Assembly (NCBI GenBank): GCA_964016885.1
Contig: OZ024741.1
Span: 49,290,001-49,354,000 of the forward strand
Direction: 5' to 3'
Source: Eledone cirrhosa
Taxonomy: Eukaryota
DNA length: 64,000 nucleotides
The notes beneath the pieces are model-generated. The model saw nothing but the letters and a program-made list of their open reading frames with translations. It did no database searches and had not been told where the DNA came from. Below are positions 13,449 through 25,100 of this stretch, one piece after another. The position numbers and the translations under genes were made by a program. Every line of letters starts with the position of its first letter. The stretch's first letter is position 1.

Positions 13449-13671
13449 TGGCCCATGTCTACCAGGTCCTTCTTCCACAGACCTCAATCATGTCTTCACG
13501 GGTCTAGACTTCCATTTAAGGGAGTCGTCCCTCTTTGGTCTCTTCATAATCCTTCATCACTCCGCTGAAGATTTCGGTCTCATGTATACGAGGGCGTATG
13601 TATATATCTTTTAGGATATACATATAATGATTTCTTTATTAGCCACAAGGGCTTGTAATATAATGTTGTTG

Positions 13672-13982
13672 GTTCTCCGTCGGTTCCGACGACGAGTGTT
13701 CCAATAGTTCGATCAACGAAACAGCATGCTCGTGAAATTAACGTGCAAGTGGCTGAGCATTCCACAGATATGTGTACTCTTAGCGTAATCTTCAGGGAGA
13801 TTCAGCGAGCGTAACACAGTGCATGACAAAGCTAACCCTTTGAATTACAGGCACAACTCCTTTTTGCCAGTTTACTAGACTGGAACAACGTGAAATAAAG
13901 TGTCTTTCTCAAGGACACAACGTACAACCGAGAATTGAACTCGCATTTCAACTGTGAGCCGAACACTCTTACTACTAAGCCT
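13672..13982 (-). mobile_element. tRNA-derived SINE, family C
   Basis: Minus strand ggcttagtagtaagagtgttcggctcac..gagttcaattctc..gtgtccttgagaaagacactttatttcacgttg ... ctcgtcgtcggaaccgacggag. Other pieces at 11200-11335, 24575-24695, 43615-43880 and 57670-57875. Confidence 0.8.
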
Positions 13983-14251
13983 TTTCGGATAACATATTGC
14001 CAAAGGTGTAAGCCTCTAGTGTGTAAGTCGGTTCCTAGCTGCCCACTATTGAAAATAGCAAATAAGACCACCACGTACTAGTGACATAGAATCAGTTTGC
14101 AGTCTACTATATCGATTTAACACTCGACTAGTACTAATTTTATCGATCTGGGAAAGATGAAAGCAAAAATTGAATCGGTGGGATTTGAACTCACAGTAAA
14201 ATATTGCAAGGCAATTTCTTCCGACGCTCTACCTCTTCATGGGACATATTC

Positions 14252-14545
14252 CTAGACGCTCACTCCACCTGTTGCAGACTGCACATCAACATGAGATATT
14301 CTTCTCCACAAAGTTCGATCACCAACAGCAGAGTTTAAAGAGCAACGGTGAAGTCCAGTCCATAAGTTGACATTATCAAGCCAGCGTTTTGGCTGTCGAC
14401 CCTTTCTTCTCTTACTGGCTAACTGTCCTTCTAGGCATAACTTACTCACTCTTCGAGTTGAGCTTTTGATATGACCATATAGTTTAAGTACTCTTGATTT
14501 GATAACTGATGTGATTGGTCTTGATTGTGTTAACTGGACGATAAG
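14252..14545 (-). pseudogene. RTE-clade LINE 3' fragment
   Basis: ORF SKLCLEGQLASKRRKGRQPKRWLDNV..W...DRTLWR matches the RTE C-terminal pattern G.R.RGRP..RW.D. Confidence 0.7.
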
Positions 14546-14809
14546 TTCACTTCAGAGGCTCTCTAGATTCCAGAACCACTTCATGAGACTTATGACTAAA
14601 GACTCAGCGACCATATCTCTATCAATGAGCTACTCAATATTACCAAGCTTAAACCAATCACATCAGTCATCAAGTCAAGTGTACTTAAACTGTATGGTCA
14701 TATCAAAAGACGTATATTCCGGATGAAATACTAAACCCTACCATTTCTATATATTTCCAATTCCCCACCGCACCTGGTATTTAGTAAATATCATGCTCCC
14801 GCAACCTGT

Positions 14810-15318
14810 GCAGCCAGTTATTGGGGTGCCACTCTAGATGTGCCACTAGTGTAGCCAGTCGTTGGGGTGCCACTCTAGATGTGCCACTGGTGCAGCCAGT
14901 AGTTGTGGTGCCACTCTAGATGTGCCAATGGTGCAGCCAGTCGTTGGGGTGCCACTCTAGATGTGCCACTGGTGCAGCCAGTCGTTGGGGTGCCACTCTA
15001 GATGTGCCACTAGTGTAGCCAGACGTTGTGGTGCCACTCTAGATGTGCCACTGGTGCAGCCAGTAGTTGTGGTGCCACTCTAGATGTGCCAATGGTGCAG
15101 CCAGTCGTTGGGGTGCCACTCTAGATGTGCCACTGGTGTAGCCAGTCGTTGGGGTGCCACTCTAGATGTGCCACTGGTGCAGCCAGTTATTGGGGTGCCA
15201 CTCTAGATGTGCCACTAGTGTAGCCAGTCGTTGGGGTGTCACTCTAGATGTGCCACTAGTGCAGCTAGTCGTTGGGGTTCCACTCTAGATGTACTATTAG
15301 TGCAACTAGTCGTTGGAG
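14810..15318. repeat. 41-bp minisatellite, about 12.5 copies
   Basis: Unit gcagccagtcgttggggtgccactctagatgtgccactggt, with no spacers. Confidence 0.95.
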
Positions 15319-15486
15319 AGTTACATGTGTCGCATAGCTAAAGGCCTTCAAAATATTTAATCATAATCACACCATATTTCGCTAGATATACAAAATACTA
15401 ATATGTATGCAGCTATGTTAGAGCGAACACCTTAATTATGTATATATATATTTACACGTTATATGTATGTATATATGTATATGTAA

Positions 15487-15567
<81 letters not shown>

Positions 15568-15969
15568 AACGAGTAGGACCCCGACGGCTGAGCTGAAGCC
15601 GTTTCGACGGCTAATTCTGGACTATATATATATATATATATATCGCTTTCCTCTAGCCATGGGACTTGGAGACCTGAGCCGAATACTACCATTCTATTAT
15701 ACATCGATGTGGGACTGCTATTTCTAATAACCATCTTTTCACTTCTTATTAATTTGTGTGTGAGACACGTTAGCTGGGAGCATCTGACGGGAACGAAAAG
15801 ATTTGTTTTCTATTCTCCCGCCACCACGTAAAGTTTGTAAATCGGTGGCTGGTCGAGGGACAGAATTGTATCGGATTCCAGTTACAAATCACTTTACTGT
15901 GTCGGCCGTCATAAACAGTCATAGCCGGCATGGGCTGGGGTTTGGATTCTGTGGATCGATTGGTTATTG

Positions 15970-16095
15970 AATAGGCGATACCCGCTGATGAAGCCGCATA
16001 CGCCGATTATGCATTTTGCATAATATATGCAGACGGAGGGTCCAGTGCACCCTACTGCTGCATTAAGTGTGGCTGAAATTCGAGTCCGGGAACTA
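15970..16095 (+). ncRNA. Type I hammerhead ribozyme, intact core, branched stem II
   Basis: aatag-gcgata-cccg CTGATGA (15985-15991) agccgca...tgtggct GAAA (16075-16078) ttcga GTC (16084-16086) cggg-aa-ctatt. All three stems pair. Confidence 0.85.
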
Positions 16096-16205
16096 TTATA
16101 GGCACCCGTTTTACTCGTGTTGTATTGAAGGGAATGTATCTTACATTGCCTATTGAGATACAACCGGCCCTGGCATTGATAAATATGCTGGGTCCGTCAA
16201 CTCCT

Positions 16206-16289
<84 letters not shown>

Positions 16290-16421
16290 GTAGAAGTTAT
16301 ATTTAAATTGTTGGGATACAACAAGCAAATATTTTTATAACTGATATAAAACACTCAACAAATTTTTGGAGTAAAAATACGATATATTAACAAATGGAAA
16401 CTATATTTATAAAACCATATT

Positions 16422-16486
16422 TATTTCGTTATACATATTTCAAGGACACCAAAGCAAATTATGGTGCGCTTTCATCAGATATAATA
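16422..16486 (-). ncRNA. Type I hammerhead ribozyme, mirror copy in the left arm
   Basis: Reverse complement of 16650-16714; tcatcag at 16472-16478. Confidence 0.65.
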
Positions 16487-16649
16487 TAATATAGATCAGT
16501 TTTATAAACAAATATTGACATACCCTTAAAGAATGCAACCATGTCGGTTGGAAGCTCCCGGATAGTCCAACTATCCGGGAGCTTCCAACCGACATGGTTG
16601 CATTCTTTAAGGGTATGTCAATATTTGTTTATAAAACTGATCTATATTA

Positions 16650-16716
16650 TATTATATCTGATGAAAGCGCACCATAATTTGCTTTGGTGTCCTTGAAATA
16701 TGTATAATGAAATAAA
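16650..16716 (+). ncRNA. Type I hammerhead ribozyme in the right arm
   Basis: tattatat CTGATGA (16658-16664) aag-cg-cacca..tggtg-tc-ctt GAAA (16695-16698) ta-tg-ta TA atgaaata. Triplet AUA; AATAAA at 16711-16716. Confidence 0.65.
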
Positions 16717-16756
16717 TATGGTTTTATAAATATAGTTTCCATTTGTTAATATATTG

Positions 16757-16804
<48 letters not shown>

Positions 16805-16908
16805 TGTATATATAGTGTATTTTGCAACACACTGTATGCTTAATTAAAAGCATTTTGAAGACCATACGCTATTGTTTTAAAGTAGCGACATTGTCGGTTA
16901 CTTAAATC

Positions 16909-16999
16909 TTTTCGGCAGACAGGGGGAGATAAGTTGACAGCTCTGTTTCGTACTTTTTGGTACTTATAAAAACTCACTACTCTCCCTGTCTGCCGAAAA
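16909..16999 (-). ncRNA. Decayed type I hammerhead, copy 1
   Basis: Minus strand gtgagtt TTTATAA gtac-caaaaa-gtac GAAA cag-ag-ct GTC aacttat, inside the long stem ttttcggcagacaggg/ccctgtctgccgaaaa. Confidence 0.55.
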
Positions 17000-17203
17000 T
17001 TATGTGTGTTGAATTCTTATAGAATTTCAGTAACAATCAGGCCCAGCAGAAATTGAAAATTAGAATTGGTGCTCTGAAATAGCGATATATATATGAACGT
17101 ATATATAGTGTATTTTGCAATACATTGTATGCTTAATTAAAAGCATTTTGAAGACCATACGCTATTGTTTTAAAGTAGCGACATTGTCGCTTACTTAAAT
17201 TTA

Positions 17204-17286
17204 CGGTAGACAGGGGGAGATAAGTTGACAGCTCTGTTTCGTACTTTTTGGTACTTGTCAAAACTCACTACGCTCCCTGTCTGCCG
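17204..17286 (-). ncRNA. Decayed type I hammerhead, copy 2
   Basis: Minus strand gtgagtt TTGACAA gtac-caaaaa-gtac GAAA cag-ag-ct GTC aacttat. The core is two transitions from CTGACGA. Confidence 0.7.
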
Positions 17287-17373
17287 TTCTGTAAAATCAG
17301 TTCCTGATTATTACATTATTACTGGAATTCTATAAGAATCCAACACACATAATTTTTGGCAGGCAGGCATATA

Positions 17374-17420
<47 letters not shown>

Positions 17421-17459
17421 GTGCATGTCCAGGGAAAACAGACGTTAAACAATGATTGT

Positions 17460-19130
17460 GATACATCATCATCATGTCTATCTTTTCATGCTTACGTGGG
17501 TTTGATGGGTCTTTCCCAGCACATCTTCCACCCACCTACAGTGTTGTGTTTCTCCGTCATCTCCTCTGCCATATTCAACATTTTGAGATCCACTACCTCT
17601 GCGAAGGTTTTCTTTGGCCTTCCTCTACTGCCGTTTGTTTCTACCGAGAACTAGCACATCTTCAGGCAACAGTCATCATCCATATACATAACATGTCCAG
17701 ACCATTCATGTATATTGACATTAGTAGATATCTATGAATCATGCTCGCTTCCTTTCTTTCCAGCCTTTGCTTATAATCTGCATTTACTGTCCATCTTTCA
17801 CTTTCATGCAGCATGATGCTTGCACTCAGGCTTAATACAGCTGTCCTTTAGTTCGTAGAGCGGAACTTTTTTTGTCAACTGATGCATCAGTTCTCTGAAA
17901 TCTTTCCAGCCTCTTCTTATTCTTGCAACCTCGTCCACTGCCAATTCAGTCACCTAGGTAACAGAAGCTCTCAACTACCATGGAATTTTCTGGGGATGAG
18001 AGATAAATTTATTACACTGGAGAGTATTAACTACCTTGGTACATTTTCAACATAAAAAGATCTACTTTTCTGTTAGTGTATCAACAATTCTTTTACATGT
18101 TTTACATTTTGTTCATTGTGTAGTGATTCCACTCATTCCTTTTCTATATATTGAATATAACTTCTTCGTTGATGTGGCTGGAGTTCTGTTTTCTTTTTCA
18201 TACTTATCAAGACTTTGGTTTTGTTAAATTTACTCTATTTGGTTCTAAATTTTCTTTCCACTATATGAATTTCTTCTCTAACTATTTCACATATTTAACA
18301 ATAAGAACCAAGTCATCAATCAGCATGCAGAAGTTCCCATGGACAACCAGTCTTAAACTCTTCTGTTATTTCTTGGAGAACTATAACAAGAGGAAGTTGA
18401 AGACAGAACTTTGATGAACACCTACCTGTACATTGAATTCCTCATTAAACCCTTTTTCTACTTGGTTGCTCTATCTCTCTTTCCATAATTTCACATCACT
18501 CTAGTTTCTTCTTTCTAGAGCATCGTCTTTCTCCATTTAGCAATTATATTGTTATGCCAATCACTGTATTTCACATAATCATATATATATCCCAATTGAC
18601 TATGTGGGTGACTATCTTCACTCCTATTTTGCTATAGCTTCTTTGACACTGTAATTGTCAACTTAATAGCCGGTCTCACCATTAAGTAAACTGGGGATTG
18701 TCCCTCTTCTTTACACCCATTCTCCAAATACATCAACCCCTCATAGTAAAATGTTCATTCCCAACACACTTTTCCACAACATCCTGGTTCATACAAACAC
18801 ACTACTTTGCTATACAGAAGACAACATTCCTTTGGTCATCACATTGCATATTATTGGCAAACCTCTTGGTATTATTGGCAATTCCTTTATATCCTCTTTT
18901 AGTAATGTGATATTGTTCTTTGCTTCCATTTTCCAGTTTTTCCACACTTGTCTCTTAGCTTTAATGGTTGTTCCACCATCATGTCAGCTTTCATCTGGCT
19001 GGTATTTTGCTCCAGCTACAGGTCTCACATCTGATCGGTAACTTGTAGTAGGTTGTCCTGTAGAAACTTCCATTTATCTTCCGTGCTACATGTGTTCATC
19101 TTCTTCCTTTCGCATGCGTCATTGTACAGT
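17460..19130 (-). pseudogene. Decayed RTE-clade LINE
   Basis: Minus-strand GRPKKT..EVVDLKMLNMAEEMT near 17540-17630 and gttcatcaaagttctgtcttcaacttcctcttgtt (VHQ.SV...LL, RT QG motif) near 18390; (CAT)n tail at 17465. Confidence 0.6.
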
Positions 19131-19194
19131 TTTTCTGAACCTATATTTAACTGAAGTCTTTTAGCTTACGCACCCTCCCCCAAAGTATGTACCG

Positions 19195-20460
19195 AAAATC
19201 TGGAGAAAAGGAGGAATAGAGCGTCTACTCAAGAAGGGGGATCGGGGATATACAGCAAATTACAGAGGAGTTATTTGTCAGTATTTGCAGCTAAAATCTA
19301 CAACAGAATACTACTAAACAGAATAAAACCATATCTAAACCCGAAATTCAGAATACATCAAAATGGTCTTAGACAGAACAGATCAACTGTCTCACAAATA
19401 TTGACACTGCGAAGGATACCAGAAGGCATCAGAACAAATAATCTGAAGTTGTACTAACTTTCATTGACTTCAAAAAGGCTTTTGACTTCATCCATAGAGG
19501 AAAGCTTATGTCAATATTAGTTGCATATGGCATGCCTGATGCCATAGTTTCTGTTATAAATGTAATCCACAGAGGCTCAAGTTTATCTCCTGATGGTGAT
19601 ACCGAGTTTTTTGGCACCGTATCTTATCATAATCGCTCTGGACAATGCCACAAGAGAAGCAAGTGTTAATGAAAAAGATTTCGGCTTACATTTATATAAA
19701 GGAGAAGCAAGTGAAACCAACCAATTGTTATATGGGATACAGATTGTGCTGATGACATCACTCTTCTCTCAAATACCATTGATCAAACTCAAGACCTTCA
19801 TAAAGTCGAATTCTATGCCAGAAAAAATAGTCTACACATAAATGTTACCAGAGCAGAGTACATGTCATCAAACCAAGATGGAAATCTTGTCACACTGGAT
19901 GGTGGAAAGTGAGTTGATGATTTTCTATATTTTGGCAGCTGGATGAATTCATTAAAACATTAGAATTTCCAAATCTGGGCTGCAATGATCAAAATGTAAA
20001 GGATTCGGAAATCAGATCTATCCAGAAAAATATAAAAAATATCATTCTTTAGAACATCTGTTGAGTCAATGTTGTTGTGTAGATCGGGTACATGGACCCT
20101 GGTACAAGCACTTGCGAAGAAAACAGATGGTGCAAAGTCTAAAAGCTTAGGGTTGTACAAAACATAAACTGGTATCAACGTATTACAAATGAAAGTTTAT
20201 ATGGAAACTTGCCCAAAATAACAACTATGATTGTTCAAAGACGATTACGATTTGCAGGACATTACTGGAGAAGTAAACAGGAGGTTATACACAAACTACT
20301 ATTGTGGGCACCAACTCACAGAAGACATGGTAGAGGAAGACCTGCTCGAACATTCATCGATCAACTCTCAGGCGATACAAGTCTCAGTAGTTGCCAGGAG
20401 TAATGGGAAATCATGAAGTGTGAAGAGGTTTTGTCAGGAATGTTCGACCGTGGTCGCAAT
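19195..20460 (+). pseudogene. Decayed RTE-clade LINE, RT to 3' end
   Basis: KKGD...NYRG, AAKIYNRILLNRI, QNG.RQNRST.SQILTLRRI, FIDFKKAFD, RRLRFAGHYWRS, GRGRPARTFIDQL, with many frameshifts. Confidence 0.85.
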
Positions 20461-21115
20461 GATATATATATATATGGGTGTGTGTGTGTGTGTGTGTATG
20501 TGTGTGTGTGTGTGTTTATACGTATGTATGCACATATATATGTGTATGTGTGTATACACACACACGTGTGTGTATACGAGTATATGACCCCCCCACCCCA
20601 CCCCCACACACACATATACGCATAAACCTGCATATTTTCAGTGGCTATGCAGTAGTTCAAGCTGGTAGACAGACGTGAATTGGCACGGGAGACATTGTGA
20701 TTATGCAGATGATAATCTGTTTTGACACTCCACATATTGGTCGCTCTCCGATAGGTTTGTGGTCGAGCCCGAAGCAGTGGAGAGTTCTGGTGTCCTTGGC
20801 TCTAGGGCCACCTCCCTACTCACCACCATCGGCACGAAGTCGGCTACGCGCAGGTGTGAGCCTCGCGATTGGGATGGCTCTTCCAACGCGTCTCCCTCAC
20901 CATCCTCCAGAGAAACGTCTTCTCTATTCTGTCCGCCGAGGCCGTGGAGTGGAGCGGACAGCGCGTGGGCCTCCATTTGCTTATAATATTGAGAGATGGG
21001 GAGAGCGAGAGAGAGGGAGGTAGTGAGTGAAAGAGAGAGAACATCAACATTTATTTATTTAGTTGATAATCCATTAATATATATTATTCTTTCATGGATA
21101 GGCACATACGTTCTA

Positions 21116-22192
21116 CCAGATAGACAAATGCGTACAGCAAAAAAAAGTAATATTGTTGGAATATAAACCTTTAAAAATACAGGACAAGAAACTAAGATAA
21201 AACTTTAAAGAATAGGACAAGAAACTAAGATAAAACTTTAAAGAATAGGACAAGAAACTAAGATAAAACTTTAAAGAATAGGACAAGAAACTAAGATAAA
21301 ACTTTAAAGAATTGGACAAGAAATAAAAAATTTTACAATAATATTAGTGGCAAAATTTTTATTGGTAAAAAATCGAGTTCCACATTCATAGGCTCTGGGT
21401 TCCACATTCAGAGGTCGTCGTCAGACCGGGGGGATCATTTGATCCTGGTTTGAACACCAATTGGGCCATAACCATACCCCTATTTCATCATTCGGCAACA
21501 CGCCTCATGTGTCATGCATAATGTGAATGAACCCATGGGCCCATGAGCAGCAGCGGACGGTCTTGTCGTCCCGCTCATCCTTGATCTTGACCAACCCGTC
21601 CATCTTCTCCTTGCATCTTGTCCTTGAGTTCAAGTCCGGCAGTCCAGATGAATGCGTGCCACAGCTTTCTGGTACAGGAAGGGGGAGCAGGAGGACTGGA
21701 GGGATGACGGGACAGAGGGAGGGAGGACCGGTGGTTGAGGGAGGTGCCGTAGTCGGTGGTCAGAGTCTACATCTTGTCCCGGTCGTCTTCTCCATCTTCG
21801 TCTGGTGTTGCGGGACCAGAAGTGCATTCTTGGAGGAGACCTGCAGCTGCATCGGCCAATTCTTCTTGCAATGGTCATTCTGACGGAGCAGAACTGCTCA
21901 GCCAACCAACCCCAACCAGAACCAACCGCTGAGGGGCAACGCACAATGAGGGCATGACAATTATTATGCACTAATCAAGAAGATACTGGGGCATAGCACA
22001 GGAAACGAAAAAAAAAATGTTGCCACTAATATTATTGTAAATTTTTTTATTTCTTGTCCAATTCTTTAAAGTTTTATCTTAGTTTCTTGTCCTATTCTTT
22101 TAAAGTTTTATTTTAGTTTCTTGTCCTGTATTTTTAAAGGTTTATATTCCAACAATATTACTTTTTTTTGCTGTACGCATTTTTCTATCTGG
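21116..22192. mobile_element. Foldback-type DNA element with long modular TIRs and GC-rich interior
   Basis: TIRs about 21116-21357 and 22012-22192 contain a 33-bp repeat (4 vs 2 full copies). Ends CCAGATAGA/TCTATCTGG with a 4-bp TCTA duplication. Confidence 0.85.
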
Positions 22193-22743
22193 TCTACTAT
22201 TTTTTTAAGGCAATGCAAGCAACAACTATCTAATAATTAAATGATCATAGTGAATTACTGACAAGTGATTGACATTTTAAAGTTCTTTTGAGTATAATTG
22301 CAATCTAGTTGAGGCAACTGGCTTAATGACAAAGCTAGTAAATCATGAATGTATTTGAATTCGTCATTTCTGGATTACCTCCCTAGCGTCACGCTTACTA
22401 CTCACTCACTTGAACACAAGATTTATCAGCAAACTTTGATTATAAACTTTTTCCCGCTGAACCAAATTTCTAGATTTTTAAGCCAAAAGATGCGTAATGA
22501 TCTACTGTTCATGCTCATATAAGTTTTATCTCAGTTAAATAAAGTAGAGCCGCGCTGTACTGTCGTAAACAGACGATTGCCAACGAAAACACGACCACAA
22601 CAATATTACTAAACGGACTACCGTCCGTTTAGGATTTAGCAGAGAACTACGCACAGGAGCAGTTGCGCCCCTTGTTCAAATTAGCAACAGAGAAACAAAC
22701 CATGACGGTGTTCGACTGTAGTCGAAATGATGATGATGATAAC

Positions 22744-22782
<39 letters not shown>

Positions 22783-22830
22783 ATAAGCGCGAGTTGTTTC
22801 TGAGTGCGTGTCCAATATTTATATAGAAAG

Positions 22831-22861
<31 letters not shown>

Positions 22862-24284
22862 GGCTGAAAAAAACCGTTATTTTAGACGCTATGGAGAATT
22901 TAAATAGTTATGATATGTGTTTGTATGCGTAGGAAAGAATAAAAAGGAAGAAGAGCTTGTATTTACGTTAATTTTGGGGAAAAAGTGGAATATGATTCCA
23001 GAGTTTAAATTTAAACTTATTTACCTATATTATGAGTAATAATTGTTTCTACTTTTGGCACAAGGCCAGCAATTACCAAGTGTATTACTGGTACTTTATT
23101 TTATCGACCACATAAGGATGAAAGATTGTATATATAATCAATTAGATTATATGAATAATTATGGTTGTAAGTATTTTTATCTTATTACATTACAATAGGT
23201 TATATGTATGTAAATATCTATATAGATTAATAATTGTGTATGTATTAGTATTATAGAAATATAAATAATTTACAATTATTAGTTGTTTATATTTCTAATA
23301 TGAGTTACGAAGGATGTTGATTTTGTATATTACACAAGCAAATAGGTGGTTCAAGATGTGAGAGGAGAACAATTTGTAGATTCGAATATTTTGTTCAACA
23401 TTGAAAATGTTTTCAGAATATTGTTAATTTAGCGAAGTTATATAGATTATCATATATAATATGTTTATGTTTGCACGATTGAGAAAGGAAAGATAACTCC
23501 AATTTTGTTTGTTAACCGTTAAATTTGATGAGTGATTTACTCAAAAATATATAGAGAAAATTATATATTATTTTGTGTGAGATTAATTATTTTAGTCGAA
23601 AGATGTGTGAATGTTTCAATATCAAAAAGAGAGGAAAAACGTAATGTGCTTTTCGAAGAACTATCGTAAAGAGGATAAATTTTCAGAATGTCAATTAAAG
23701 ATTATCAATCTATATCTAAAAAAATATATTTAGAGGGGTGTCATTAGAAAAATAATGTCAGAATTAAAAATATTAAATATATATTTAAAAAATTAATGTG
23801 AAAAGGTAAAAGTATTAGAAATATTAGAGATATTAAAACAAATTAGAAATATTAAAAATATTTTAAAGTATTAAACATACTAAAAAAATTTTAAAATTTA
23901 CATTTAAATTTTTAAAGAAGATAGGATCATTTTGAAGGTGTATAGGAATATTATAAATTAAAAATAGTTCTGAACGTGGAATTTTGGCGATGATTGCAAG
24001 AAGAAAATAATTCTGTTCTAAGATTAATAGAGTTTTGACAGTTAATTATATAAAAAAAATTTCTTCGATACACAAGTTACAGAATTTTGATAAAGCCATA
24101 TTTCGGTATGCAGGTGCTTTCGAAATCGTTCTCCAAGATATTGAATAGTCTTTTAAGTTCCAAATTAGATATGAAAGTGAAGTAGATTTTTTATCAGATC
24201 TCTCTCTCTATATATATAAATAAGAGAAGGAGAAAGACACATGACGAGAGAGAAGCAGAGAGAGAGAGGAAGACAGATATACAC

Positions 24285-24380
<96 letters not shown>

Positions 24381-25047
24381 GAGATGTAGCCAGGTTTAAA
24401 ATAGAAGAGAGTTGTTTATTTAAAAATTGAACCTATTTTACATTAACAGGATATTACAGTCGATCGAGAAGATCTCAGACCGCATTTGCTTAACAAGTGG
24501 GGTGGAGTTCGTCAAATGCTTCCATTTGTCTTTCCAATTGCTAATACTATCTACCGGTCACAAATCCAGGCTGAAAGAGCAACGTGAAATAAAGTGTCTT
24601 GCTCAAGGACATAACGCATCACCCGGTCCAGGAATCGAACTCACAACTTCACTATTGCGAATCAAATTCTGTAACCACTCAGCCACGCGCCTTCATTTAC
24701 TAATATCTGTACAGGCTAAAATAAACTAAATATGATGTTGAAGTCCTTCGATTCAGTCAAATTGAGGTGGGAGAAACTGTGATAGGAATAAGTTATAACG
24801 GTCGGCAACCATTTCTTCAAAATCTTTCAGGCGATTGGTCTATTAGAGTACCCTTCATTGTTATTACTATTATTTTTATTTTTATTACTATTATTTTTAT
24901 GCTTAGCAGCATATAGTTACGGCTCGTTGCGTTCTGAGTTAAAATCCCGCTGAGGTTAACTTTGCCTTTCATCCTTACGGGGTCGATAAAATAAAGTACC
25001 AGTAATACAATGGGATAATTGCTGGCCTTGTGCCAAAAGTAGAAACA

Positions 25048-25098
<51 letters not shown>

Positions 25099-25100
<2 letters not shown>

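Larger units (their letters stand above)
16382..16754. repeat. 373-bp near-perfect palindrome
   Basis: Arms of about 185 bp around gatagt-cca-actatc (centre 16568); one mismatch seen. Confidence 0.95.
16800..17367 (-). mobile_element. Tandem ~293-bp hammerhead-bearing repeat (retrozyme or Penelope pLTR-like) with an inverted end
   Basis: 16800-16995 is repeated at 17093-17286; 17303-17367 is an inverted copy of about 16985-17041; flanked by (TA)n. Confidence 0.7.

Noticed and set aside
14810-15318. CRISPR-like regular repeat
   Set aside because: Units are contiguous with no unique spacers, there are no cas genes, and the context is eukaryotic.
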